A DNA stretch of 52,942 bases, counting the filler, from Basidiobolus ranarum (taxonomy: Eukaryota): assembly GCA_040143965.1 (NCBI GenBank). It is 3 parts of 3 records of this genome, joined end to end, with 100 filler letters (N's around TTAATTAATTAA, not from the genome) between each part and the next. Parts side by side here need not be neighbours in the genome. Positions count along the whole stretch, not along the records: positions 17,697 to 35,285 come from JASJQH010000301.1; positions 35,386 to 52,942 come from JASJQH010000302.1; 1 more part is not named here. One strand, given 5' to 3'. A model generated the notes under the pieces. That model saw only the letters and a list, made by a program, of their open reading frames with translations, did no database searches and was not told where the DNA came from. Position numbers and translations under genes: made by a program. Positions 27,416-37,398 of this stretch are shown in pieces. Positions within the stretch are counted from its first letter, which is position 1; each line of letters starts with the position of its first letter.

Positions 27416-28240
27416 CTAACTAAGAATCAATAAATTATACAGAAAGCCACCGGCAATACCACCAGCGTATGGTGCTACTACCGGGACCCAGAAGTAGTAG
27501 TCATGAGTGGAGAACACTTGCCAACCCCAACCGAAAAACGCGGTAAATAAACGAGGCGCAAAATCACGAGCAGGATTCAATGCATATCCAGTCATCCAGC
27601 CAAGACTGATACCGATAGCAGTCAAATGTAATCCTATAGCCAATGCAACATATCCTTTACCTTGGTTATTGCGTTCATCGGTAATAGCAAATATACCCAA
27701 AGTTAACGCAGCAGTGCCAACAAATTCAGCCAAGAATGCCGAGCCGATGTTATTAAACGATTGTGGATAGGTTGCAAAGATTCCCGCCGTAGTCATAGAG
27801 AACTTATCCCCCTTCAACATATCGAATGCTGGATTGTAGATGAAATAGACCACCGCAGAGGCGATGAAAGCTCCAAGAAATTGAGCAACTATATAACTCA
27901 AAACACGGTTCCAAGAGAACTTGCGTAGGTACGCCATAGCTACTGTGACAGCGGGGTTCAGATGACCTCCAGAAACCCCGCCCGAAACATAGATACCTGC
28001 GGCTAAGCCCAACCCCCACCCAATGTTGTTGCTCAGATAAGCGCTTTCACTGGCATATGTATTGAAAGTGTTTTGTGCGTTGACACCTAATCCAAAGAGC
28101 ACCAGAACAAATGTACCTAGAAACTCGGCCAATGCTGGCTTGTGTTCAGCTTTGAAGTGCTCCCATTTAGTGAGCGCAACCGAACCATGTCCTAGGAGAC
28201 TATCATGTTCTGTTTGTTGACCCGATTCGACTTCAGACAT
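27416..28240 (-). CDS. Aquaglyceroporin (MIP family, GlpF type), intronless
   Basis: AEFLGT, SGGHLNPAVT, GIFATYP, GYALNPARDFAPR (the D after NPAR is the glyceroporin signature). Confidence 0.93.
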   Translation of the reverse strand: MSEVESGQQTEHDSLLGHGSVALTKWEHFKAEHKPALAEFLGTFVLVLFGLGVNAQNTFNTYASESAYLSNNIGWGLGLAAGIYVSGGVSGGHLNPAVTVAMAYLRKFSWNRVLSYIVAQFLGAFIASAVVYFIYNPAFDMLKGDKFSMTTAGIFATYPQSFNNIGSAFLAEFVGTAALTLGIFAITDERNNQGKGYVALAIGLHLTAIGISLGWMTGYALNPARDFAPRLFTAFFGWGWQVFSTHDYYFWVPVVAPYAGGIAGGFLYNLLILS

Positions 28241-29227
28241 TCTGATAAGCTTGGAGGAGATCCAGGACCAGGAAGAAAGTTGAGGATTACTCAGTCTCGA
28301 GTCAACACATATTTATACTTTTTGCAATAGATTTGAATTCTGTAAGTCCACTTATTATACTTTATCACTCATTTCAAAGGTATACAAATGTCATCTCTTC
28401 AACTCCCTACTGTAATTGGGGTTCCACTTGGTTTAAGGATTATTAATTGAAACCTCGGTATACTACGATACACTGTATACTAATCTCTGATCATTATATT
28501 AAAAAAGATCCCACACTTTAGATGTACACTAACTATGCCATGCTAGTAGGTTAAGTAGTAAACATCAGGCTGAGTGATAGTAGATGTGTATTTGTCAGTT
28601 GATGTCGCAAGGACGCTCTAAGTGTATTAACCCGTTAACGAAGGAGGAGAAACAGTACTGAGGCTTCGATTACAAATTGAGCCTGCACTATCGGGTGGCT
28701 GGTGAAGTTTCATATTGATTGTGATTACAAGTCTTCACATTCATCCAGAAAGCGTTGTGTGTTGACAAGTATGATGGTTTTGCCTAGGAGGCTGAGGCTC
28801 CATGGTCAGGTGGATTTGAGGGAAACATGGTTGATTAGACGTCATAACCATTGGGAGTCTCTGTAGAATACATATGCCTCCAGATCACCATATCTATAGG
28901 TAGATTAGTTCAAACAAGGAGGTGTATTAGGTCACATTTCCTCTTGCCTATACTTGTTGAGTTTCTTGAATATAGATTTAATAGAGATTGGATATAAAAC
29001 ATGTATCAGTCTTGTTCTATTAGATACGTCGGACTGATCATCGTCAATTCATTTGCCTCCATTTCTACTCGTACATTACTACAGTATTTTAAGTTGGGTT
29101 TGGAACGTTTTTAAACAAAATTGGGGAGAATTGAAAAATATTTTGAAACACTTTTTCCTGTCTACTGTATATCTTCATATCTCTATATTCCTCCCTCACT
29201 CTCTCTTACTTTTTAGCGATATAACTA

Positions 29228-31332
29228 CCTATAAAATAAATGTTTAGAGAAAAAATCCATGATATATTAAAAATGGTTTGGAAGCGTAATAAAGAGATAG
29301 AAGAGGAACAAGGTAAAACCTAAAGACGTTATTATACATGATACATAGAAGATATAATAGCAATATCTGATACCCATGTACATAATATAGTCGGTACAAA
29401 GCATAAAAGACCTACTGAATATGAAAAAAATGAGTCAAAAAGGCAAAAATTTATGCAAAACGAAAGGGTAGTGAGGTTTAACAAGAAGAGAGCGTAGCTG
29501 TATGCTCAAGCTGTCACCAAAGCGGTCATAAAAGTTCAAAGTCAAGAGAATGTCCAAACCATAAGTCAACTAAGCAAGAGGAAGTACAAGCACTGCTGGG
29601 AAAGCACACAAGCATAGCAAGAAAGATAAAGTTAGACACGATCCTAAAGCTGGCATACAAGACACCCATCACAGCCAAGGTACGACTAGTATCAGAACAC
29701 ATTCGTAATATAATGATACGTGCTCAACTGTTTGTGGACTACTACGTAATTACCCACTGTGATCAAGCTGTTGACAAAAGAGTCTTTACACATAATTTTT
29801 GGTACTGCGTAACGCAGTTAGTTTTAAGAAAAAACCCAAAAAATACAAAGGCCATGCCAAACGGCTGTTTGACCTTTTGGGAAAGCTTCTTTTCAAGATA
29901 CAACGTAACTTATGAGATGACACCTGTCAGTGATTATTCTAAATTCTGCTACTGTCTACACAAACGCGATTGTAGACTGTTTCGAATCCAGAATTAGATC
30001 ATCCATTGTGTATGATATGAAATTATTCAAAAACGTAAATATACATACAAAATTATATTATTACTATTTCCAAATTACGCATTCATTCTTTATTTAGCCA
30101 AACAAAGGTCTCATAAAAAATTGTTCATTCATACTGCTATCAATACGTTTGTGGAGGAACTCCAGCCTGGCCAGATGCACTTCCTGAAGAATACAACGAT
30201 AAAAAACCAGCTATTGAAGAGATATGTAAGGATTTGCTGTTGACAGATATGCCTAATCCTGTAACGCTGGTAAGCTTGTTTGCCTCTCCTGGGGCATAGA
30301 TTTCCATGTTGGCTAGACTTATGAGAAAGAACGAATACCAACAAGAACAACAGCAGGGACAAGAAAAAAATAAGATGAAGAACAAAAACAAGAACCTCCT
30401 TGCTTGTTTTCGCTATGTCCTGAGCCTTCACTGAAGTGGAGGTTCATAGCGTTCAACCCAAACTGTATTTCCACTTTGGCTGATATAAAGCTCCCAGTCA
30501 CATACGAAGCCAAACTTGAAATGTTTAACAAGGTGTTTGATATTAAGAGACTCAGACTAAACAGTTAAGATGTTTGAGCCTATGTGACACATAGTATGTA
30601 AAAATTTCTTACTTACGAAGTTCTTGGGTATAGTAGCTTCCAAGACCTAAAAGATCCAGACAAGACAAAATTTGCTTTCTCAAACTTAATCAGAACTGAC
30701 GGCTACGCCGCTGATGTTATCTTTCATAAAAGTTTGCAAACGAGTACAGAAGACTTAGGATATTATCATATATATTCACGTGTTGTTTTATTAGAAGAGC
30801 CAACAGATATTGGAAGCCAGAGAAATTTAACCAAGATAAAAATAAGCTACCGATCATCTCCTTTGGTAACGGAATGTTTCGCAAAGGTTCGGTTAAGATT
30901 AAGGGCCTTAGAACAGGCGTCACCGGTGTTCTTTGGCGACAGCTCAAGTTCAGACAAAGATCTGGTGATCTTTTGCTCGTTTATGTCGACGAATTTCGAA
31001 CGTCGAAGGTACAAGATGTCGAACTGATTTTAGCTTATTTATGATTGAATCTAATAATACTGTAAACATGGACCTGTCATTCATGTAACGAAAGATCATT
31101 TACTGAAGCGTATATCGGGTTAAATAGTGTCCAAGCTTGTCAAAGTTGTGGGATATTATGGCAACGCGATGTAAACGCTTCAAAAGATATTTTCAAGATT
31201 TCCAAAGACGTAATCAGTGGTCATGGGTGCCCAACAGCATTTTCTAGAAGCCAATGACTTCTTTCATCATATATAATACATCCCCGTCTCGTACACGGTT
31301 TCTCTTTTCGAAGAGATTTAGATTTTTACAGG
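29228..31332 (+). mobile_element. Non-autonomous Fanzor-carrying DNA transposon with candidate TA target duplication and short imperfect TIRs
   Basis: Left TA|CCTATAAAATAAAT (29226-); right ATTTAGATTTTTACAGG|TA (-31334), whose reverse complement is CCTGTAAAAATCTAAAT; encloses the Fanzor pseudogene; no transposase seen. Confidence 0.6.
29421..31257 (+). pseudogene. Fanzor1 (eukaryotic TnpB/Cas12-like RuvC nuclease), degenerate, with introns
   Basis: CSSCHQSGHKSSKSREC knuckle (29503-29553); LFSLCPEPSLKWRFI; FSNLIRTDGY (30695); LPIISFGNGMF; VYVDEFRTSK (RuvC-II Glu 30991); CHSC...CQSC zinc finger; WQRDVNASKDI (RuvC-III Asp 31168); GHGCPTAFSR*. In-frame stops, frameshifts and an apparent RuvC-I deletion. 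Start position approximate. Confidence 0.85.
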
Positions 31333-31350
31333 TAAAAAATGGAATATCTT
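31258..31350 (+). ncRNA. Putative Fanzor omegaRNA scaffold plus flanking guide
   Basis: Lies between the Fanzor stop and the right end; hairpins CCGT-N7-ACGG (31284-31298) and TCTCTT-TTCG-AAGAGA (31301-31316). Boundaries are inferred. Confidence 0.45.
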
Positions 31351-31450
31351 TGAGCGCATCAATTCTGGAAGATATTCTTTGGAATTTATTGAGTAGAAGG
31401 GATAAAAAGATGCTTCTAAATGGGTTGGTCTTGATGCTCTAATTCGAATA

Positions 31451-32766
31451 CTATTCGTAGTCATCACGTACTTTATCTATTTGTCGCTCTAATTTCTTAG
31501 CATCATTAACTAGATTTTGATATTGGTTGATATTCAGTCCATGCTTGATATAAAGCTTCATCTGCCTTTGAGATACTGCGTAATGTGCCAATGCCTCATA
31601 GGTGTATTCCCGCTTAGTGATCAAGAAGTATAAGTATCCTACGATACCCATGCCAATACTAGTAAAGTATGCCACTGGCTCCATAACTATTTCAAAAGAG
31701 CATTTAGTTAAATAGGTCATCAACAAAAGTATATAAATCTGCACAAACCGTCCCATCCATAATCCCACCATGTTAGACGTGCCTAGACATACCCAGGATT
31801 CAATATAAATGAAATACGAAACGTATAAATAGAGAGATTAAATCCTACCATGATGCCAATGTATGTAACCAGGCCAGTGAAACTTCCAGTAGCTAATACC
31901 AGAGAAGCGGTTTGTGCCTGTTTATCTAATGATTTCTTCAATTTGGACATTGGTTCGATTCTAGATAGTAAATGGTTGTGAAATCTAACTAATCCGGCTG
32001 CTCTTTCTGTTACAATTTGATTTAAAAAGTTAGAACATCCAATTTCACCCAACGAAATTTTGTAAACATGTGGAAATATTTGCCTTCAAAAGTTGGGATT
32101 TTAACAAAGATTTTCTCGTTATCAATCACAACGATGAATCCCTTGGCTTCTCCACACGTAGCAGCTCGTACTAGATCATCCACTTGAAAGTCACTTGTCC
32201 AATCATCACCAATTTTTAATCCATACAAGGCTTCGTGAATGGAGATTTTCTTAATGTGAGGGTACTCTTCTTTTATCTGTTGACTGATGGTAGATATGGG
32301 TAAAGTGAAGCCCAATAACAAGGAAGCAAGTTGAGGTCTCTTACAGTTGGGAGTTGGAATTGGTAAAAAAAACCTAGGGTTTCCGCTATAAGTATCAAAA
32401 TCGAGATAACCTACGAAAAATAGAAATTAATCATTGAAGGAAAAAGGATGAAAGCTATACACTTCACTTACCCATGGCGACATTTCCACCTTCGGCGTCA
32501 GTAATGAACTCGGTTTGGTCACGCTCCTCTGGTTTCAGGTGACTTACCTGAGTGGTGAATTTTTGATTTCCTCCGGCGAACCATACTTTTGTTGCTTTAT
32601 TGACTCTCGTAGAAAAAGGTGAAGTCAGATCAGACCGAGAAATAGTGTCTAATATTTTTCTACCCGGAGCTTTAGGTCCCAAAGAAAGATGACGTGCTTG
32701 GTGCAATAAAATACGGGTGGCACTTAATGCATGTTTTGAAGTGATATGTAGAAGTCCAGCTTGCAT
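31451..32766 (-). CDS. MCU: Mitochondrial calcium uniporter family protein, multi-exon
   Basis: Basic, presequence-like N-terminus; a 34-nt exon (31749-31782) yields ARLTWWDYGWDVMEPVAYF, the WDxxEP selectivity filter between two TMs; C-terminal coiled coil. Confidence 0.88.
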
Positions 32767-33577
32767 TGTGTGGACTATTTATCCTTCACCACTAGTTAAA
32801 AGCAAGGCAACCAAAGAGTAAGTCTCAAAGAAAATATTGATTTCATTCTGAATCATAAATAATTTTACCCAAGGCCAAATATGAGATATTAATAGTCGAC
32901 GATGAAAATATTCGATCAGAAGGATTTCAAATGAGCCATGTACATGGAGCACCCTTTTCCATTCCTCACCACCCACCGAGCTCAAAAAACAATAAAACCG
33001 GTGCATCCAACCAATTAGACCACGATATCTAACAGTCGGCTAGTACCTTAAGCTAAGCATCTGTAGCAAATTTAAGATTGATAGAGGCGAAATGACTCGT
33101 GTACCTTTGTTTTACTATATTACGTCCAATATCTGCCATAGATAGGCAAGATCTTTCAACCAGGGATCAACCGATTGATTCATGTTTGACAGTTTTCCCA
33201 AATGGCAGGGGTGTCGACACATGTTCATTCGACAGTTATAGTTCGGTGCTTGTACAACTCCTTGACAAGCACACAAGGAGGCTTGTCTTTCATGCCTACA
33301 AAAGTTTGCTTACTAGGCCTAGAAATTTCCGAAAGCTCAATTGCAATAATAATCACATGCAAACAGGTCGGGGCTTTCATATAGTATCTTATTCATCCAG
33401 TTTTAGATGTTATCAGTATGAATGCTCAAAAATCAATCTCGGTCTACAGGCTTGTATGACGTATCATTTTCATGTGCTTGCTAACATACGACAGAATCTA
33501 CATTATGAGCTGATTGAGATTTCACTATTTCTATTAAATTGAACTTCTACTCTGACATAACCTCTCCCTCAATCATC

Positions 33578-34316
33578 ATGACTGAACAATCTTTCTTCGA
33601 CCTAAAGGCTAACGATAAGAGACACCAGGAAGTCGACTTCTCTACCTACAAAGATAACAAGGTATTTATATAAAATGAAGACATTTTAGTATATGCACTA
33701 AATTCTTATACCAGGTTGTCCTTGTTGTGAACGTAGCTTCCAAATGTGGTTTCACCCCCCAATACAAAGCTCTTGAGGCTTTATACCAGAAATATAAAGA
33801 TCGTGGCTTAGTAATTTTAGGTTTCCCTTGTAATCAGTAAGGTGTTTTCTTTAATCTGGCGGGTTTTATTCTATTCTAAATGTTGGTTTACAGATTCGGT
33901 GGCCAAGAGCCTGGAAACGAAGAAGGTAAAATATACTCCATAAATTTTGACCAATAATATTTTTTCTAATTAGAGCAATGTACAATAGAAATATCAAGCT
34001 TCTGTGAACTTAACTTTGGAGTAACTTTCCCCCTGATGGAGAAAATGTAAGTGGAGTTAAAATTTTCTTGAATGTGATTTAGGGAATAAGATGGTAATAA
34101 CCCTTTGCTTATTAAATTAGTGAAGTAAACGGTGATAACGTCCACCCTGTGTACCAGTTCCTGAAAAACGCCAAACCCGGCGTTCTTGGACTTACTCGTA
34201 TCAAGTGGAACTTTGAAAAATTCTTGGTAGACAAGGAAGGAAAGGTCTTCCAACGCTATTCCAGTTTCACCAAACCAGAGTCTCTTGAGAGCGATATTGA
34301 GACCCTCTTGGGATAA
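33578..34316 (+). CDS. GPX: Glutathione peroxidase-like thiol peroxidase (Hyr1/Gpx3 type, Cys form); 4 introns
   Basis: Manual splicing: [48 protein letters not shown]; absent from the ORF track. Confidence 0.92.
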
Positions 34317-34729
34317 ATTGCTCTCTTAATTTCTTACAATTTTGCTTGCATTTACTCTATCTGTATTGATTCATAAATCAATAAAATATCTTTTCTATGG
34401 TTGACCATTTGTTTAGTATTGCACCTACATGTTAAAGAGCAATAGTGGCTACAATCATCAACTAATTCTGAATATGCTTTTAGACATAGATACGAAAACC
34501 ATCTAACATTCAATAATAATTGGTTACACAAATCCAAGACACTCCCTAGTACACTTAATTGATTGGATAACCAAGTTACTTCCTACACATTCAATTCTAT
34601 GCTGTCATTTTCCAGATATTGACGAATTGGTTTATTTTGTAAGAAGTCACAATTTTTGCATCTTCAGACTGAGTTGGTTTTAACTAATTTTACTATTGCC
34701 AACTCTATATTTCTGTCCTAGTGGAAATG

Positions 34730-35285
34730 AATTCACTTGATTTTTTATCAAGTGCAAGTATACATTTTTACTTTTGTCAAGGAGTAGATAAACTAACATG
34801 TAAAGTACAAAGTTTGGAGTCTTTTGGACAAGTTTGAGAAAATCATATAATCTGAGCACTTCCAAGTTAGTCTCAATATTCCAAGTAAATTCCTCATGAA
34901 GATATTGAATAATAACATAGGGAAACTTATGTAGCCAGCTATATGACTATATAGATGCTTAAGCTATGTCATTTTCAACAAATATTTCATTGGGAGTTAT
35001 CTAGCCAGAAGACTGAAGAACTCTAGATATTCATGAGCATTTCTGTCTTGAAGGCAAATCAATACTCATTTTTGTTAAAGTTTTTTGGGAGTTTATTTGA
35101 AGTGGATGGAGAACTAGAGGAGTTTGTGATTTTCAATGTTGATTTATTGAGTGGAAATTTGACATATATAGTTATATCTATTGAAATAAGCATAGCCTAT
35201 GTTAAAGTATTTGGGAGCCTGTTGGAAGTGGTTTTGAGAATTAGAGGAATTGGTGGTTTTCACTTATTGATTTATTGAGTAGAAA
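34730..35285 (-). mobile_element. Cluster of three LTR fragments of the same copia family (about 34730-34980 old; about 35073-35175 old; 35200-35285 young, cut by the contig end)
   Basis: TGTTAAAG at 35073 and 35200, TTTCAACA ending 34980, and internal similarity to the LTR copies. Confidence 0.78.
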
Positions 35286-35385
35286 NNNNNNNNNNNNNNN
35301 NNNNNNNNNNNNNNNNNNNNNNNNNNNNNTTAATTAATTAANNNNNNNNNNNNNNNNNNNNNNNNNNNNNNNNNNNNNNNNNNNN
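35286..35385. other. Artificial contig linker (N44-TTAATTAATTAA-N44)
   Basis: Same 100-nt structure as 17597-17696. Confidence 0.97.
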
Positions 35386-35845
35386 TCTTGCAGCAGCATT
35401 TTCATTTTAATTTTCCAAACTTGATAATTGGTTCCATCCAATTTTTCAGAAGAGGGAAAAGTTCCATAAATTTGAGAAGTAGACATTACAGAGAGTGCAA
35501 GCTTGGGGCTCATAACCTGTTAAAGTATTTGGGAACCTGTTGGAAGTGGTTTGGAGAATTAGAGGAATTGGTGGTTTTCACTTATTGATTTATTGAGTAG
35601 AAAGTTGACATTTATAGTTTTGTCAAGATATAAACAGACTGACATGTAGAATATGTAAAGAAAGGTCCCAGGAACATGTGTGCAAAGTTTGGGACTTCTA
35701 GCACAAGTTTGAAAAATCTATATATCTGAGAACTTCTAAGTAAATTCCAATTGAGAATAATTGATAATATCTTAGTGAATTATAAGATTACTAAGTACTA
35801 AGCTATATATGACTATATAGGTGTTTAGGCAATGCGATTTCAACA
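35386..35845 (-). mobile_element. 5' end of a Ty1/copia element: 5' LTR (35845-35518), PBS (35517-35506), gag start (ATG 35486)
   Basis: LTR TGTTGAAA...TTTAACA directly followed by GGTTATGAGCCC; open frame MSTSQIYGTFPSSEKLDGTNYQVWKIKMKMLLQ is the typical copia Gag N-terminus. Confidence 0.92.
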
Positions 35846-36196
35846 TCTATATCTATATAACAAGTATGTCTTATTACCCTCACTTATCTATTATATCTTA
35901 TTACACAAACTCCTGAATATCTCAAACAATTGATTTACTTTTCTACTATAAAAGTCACCATATACTCTTAAGAATAAAGTAACTAAAACACACTATCATA
36001 AGTTGCTTCTAATACATAAAGTCTACCCCCATTATGTCAAGATCCTCCAACAAATATCAGAAGAGAATTCTATAGATCGACAATTTATGACAATAGCGAA
36101 TAAATTTCCAATTATACGCAAGGCAAAGAAATGAATATTTATTGGATAGATGCAAGGAGATGTCAACAATATGTAATGATTTAGAACCACAAATAT

Positions 36197-36487
36197 TTAA
36201 ATGAGTTGGTAAATGGTTAAACTACCAGCTATCAACATCATACCTGTCGAGTAATGTATCTCCTCTCCAGAGTTCCCAAACACATCATTGGTAGCGTTTC
36301 TAATATTCGATGGGACTGAAGCAATTCCTGAAGTCACTCGATTCCAAATACTTGGGAAAACTCCAGGTTCAGTGGTAGAGGTGGCTGCAGTAGGGGGTAC
36401 ACTGGAAGTGGCGGATGTGGGTAAGGTGGTTTGAGCTACAGTGGTGGCCAATAGTCCGGCGATCAAAGATAGGATACGAAGTTGCAT
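36197..36487 (-). CDS. Small Ser/Thr-rich secreted, probably GPI-anchored protein (96 aa)
   Basis: Signal peptide MQLRILSLIAGLLATTVA, S/T/P-rich core, NSG followed by a hydrophobic C-terminal tail. Confidence 0.65.
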   Translation of the reverse strand: MQLRILSLIAGLLATTVAQTTLPTSATSSVPPTAATSTTEPGVFPSIWNRVTSGIASVPSNIRNATNDVFGNSGEEIHYSTGMMLIAGSLTIYQLI

Positions 36488-36855
36488 GTTGAGGAGTGTT
36501 TGTTGGATGATGAACTTAGTGAGCTCCTGATCAGCTACTATATACTCGATCACTATGGCCAAGCCGAAGGGCTAATACCCTGTTCAGAAACTCTTCTTCA
36601 GCCCATCAATCGGTCAAGTCTATGCGTAATAGTAAGTATGGCTAGCGACGCCCAACCTGATGCCAAGCTATAGAAGCCCTTTACATATTCAAATCTATTT
36701 AGTTCTAACTCATTGGTTGGATGACCTCAGTAGCCCTAACCCTAGCACCCTTTTGGGTAAGCCTTACACCAAATTAATTGTTTATGTATGTGTATGTCGA
36801 ATTCTTAAACTAATTGTTTAGCTATGCGAATGACCTCTCCTATTCTGTTTGAGAG

Positions 36856-36922
36856 TATCCCTTAACATTCGATTCACCCCCTTTCCTTTATATCCCTTGA
36901 CATTCGATTCACCCCCTTTCCT
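36856..36922. repeat. Two-copy tandem repeat, 35-bp period
   Basis: TATCCCTT(A/G)ACATTCGATTCACCCCCTTTCCT at 36856 and 36891. Confidence 0.9.
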
Positions 36923-37014
36923 CCTTCAAAATAAGGGATCCACTTGGTATTTAAGCCTGGGAAAATGCAACTTGTTCAACATCAAGTATTCATACACTTC
37001 AAGTGATAATCAAC

Positions 37015-37137
37015 ATGCGCTTCAACACTGCCATCCTTCTCTTAGTCGGTCTACTCCTACTAACCACATCCACTATGGTCGATGCTCAAGGGGCCAAGAA
37101 AGGACTCAAGGCCAAGAAAGTGCCAGCTAGAAAGTAG
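37015..37137 (+). CDS. 40-aa secreted cationic peptide precursor
   Basis: MRFNTAILLLVGLLLLTTSTMVDA-QGAKKGLKAKKVPARK*; CAACATG start context, TATTTAA about 65 nt upstream, AATAAA about 85 nt downstream. Confidence 0.6.
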   Translation: MRFNTAILLLVGLLLLTTSTMVDAQGAKKGLKAKKVPARK

Positions 37138-37398
37138 TTGACCTACTGGTAGCTTCACCCATGTCCAGCAATTATTCTCACCCATTCACCCAGAATATTT
37201 GCCAGCTCAACTGGAGAACCTAATAAATCAATGCAACTCAATTTACTGGATTCAACCAATTTATTTTCATTCCAATTACGATAAGAGAGTAACTGATCGG
37301 AGGAGAAGAGAAGGGTTCAAGTACTCTATGAGCATCTACAATTCAAATAACAATTTTTTACAATAATGAACGTATGTTTGTATAAATGAGGTCTTCTT

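Noticed and set aside
30129-30531. Minus-strand hydrophobic ORFs as membrane proteins
   Set aside because: Antisense shadows of the A-rich Fanzor coding strand.
30734-30780. EDLG as the Fanzor RuvC-I motif
   Set aside because: It lacks the preceding hydrophobic strand and is followed by intron-like sequence; the spacing to RuvC-II is too short, so a deletion is more likely.
31451-31771. MCU lacking the WDxxEP filter (ORF track reads FEIVMEP)
   Set aside because: Artefact of translating through an intron; splicing restores WDVMEP.
33715-33780. Selenocysteine glutathione peroxidase
   Set aside because: The active-site codon is TGT (Cys), not TGA.
35200-35845. One full copia element spanning the second gap
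   Set aside because: Outer flanks GCCTA and TCTAT are not a target duplication, and the gap is an artificial linker between contigs.
36856-36922. CRISPR-like repeat
   Set aside because: Only two adjacent copies, no spacer, eukaryotic context.
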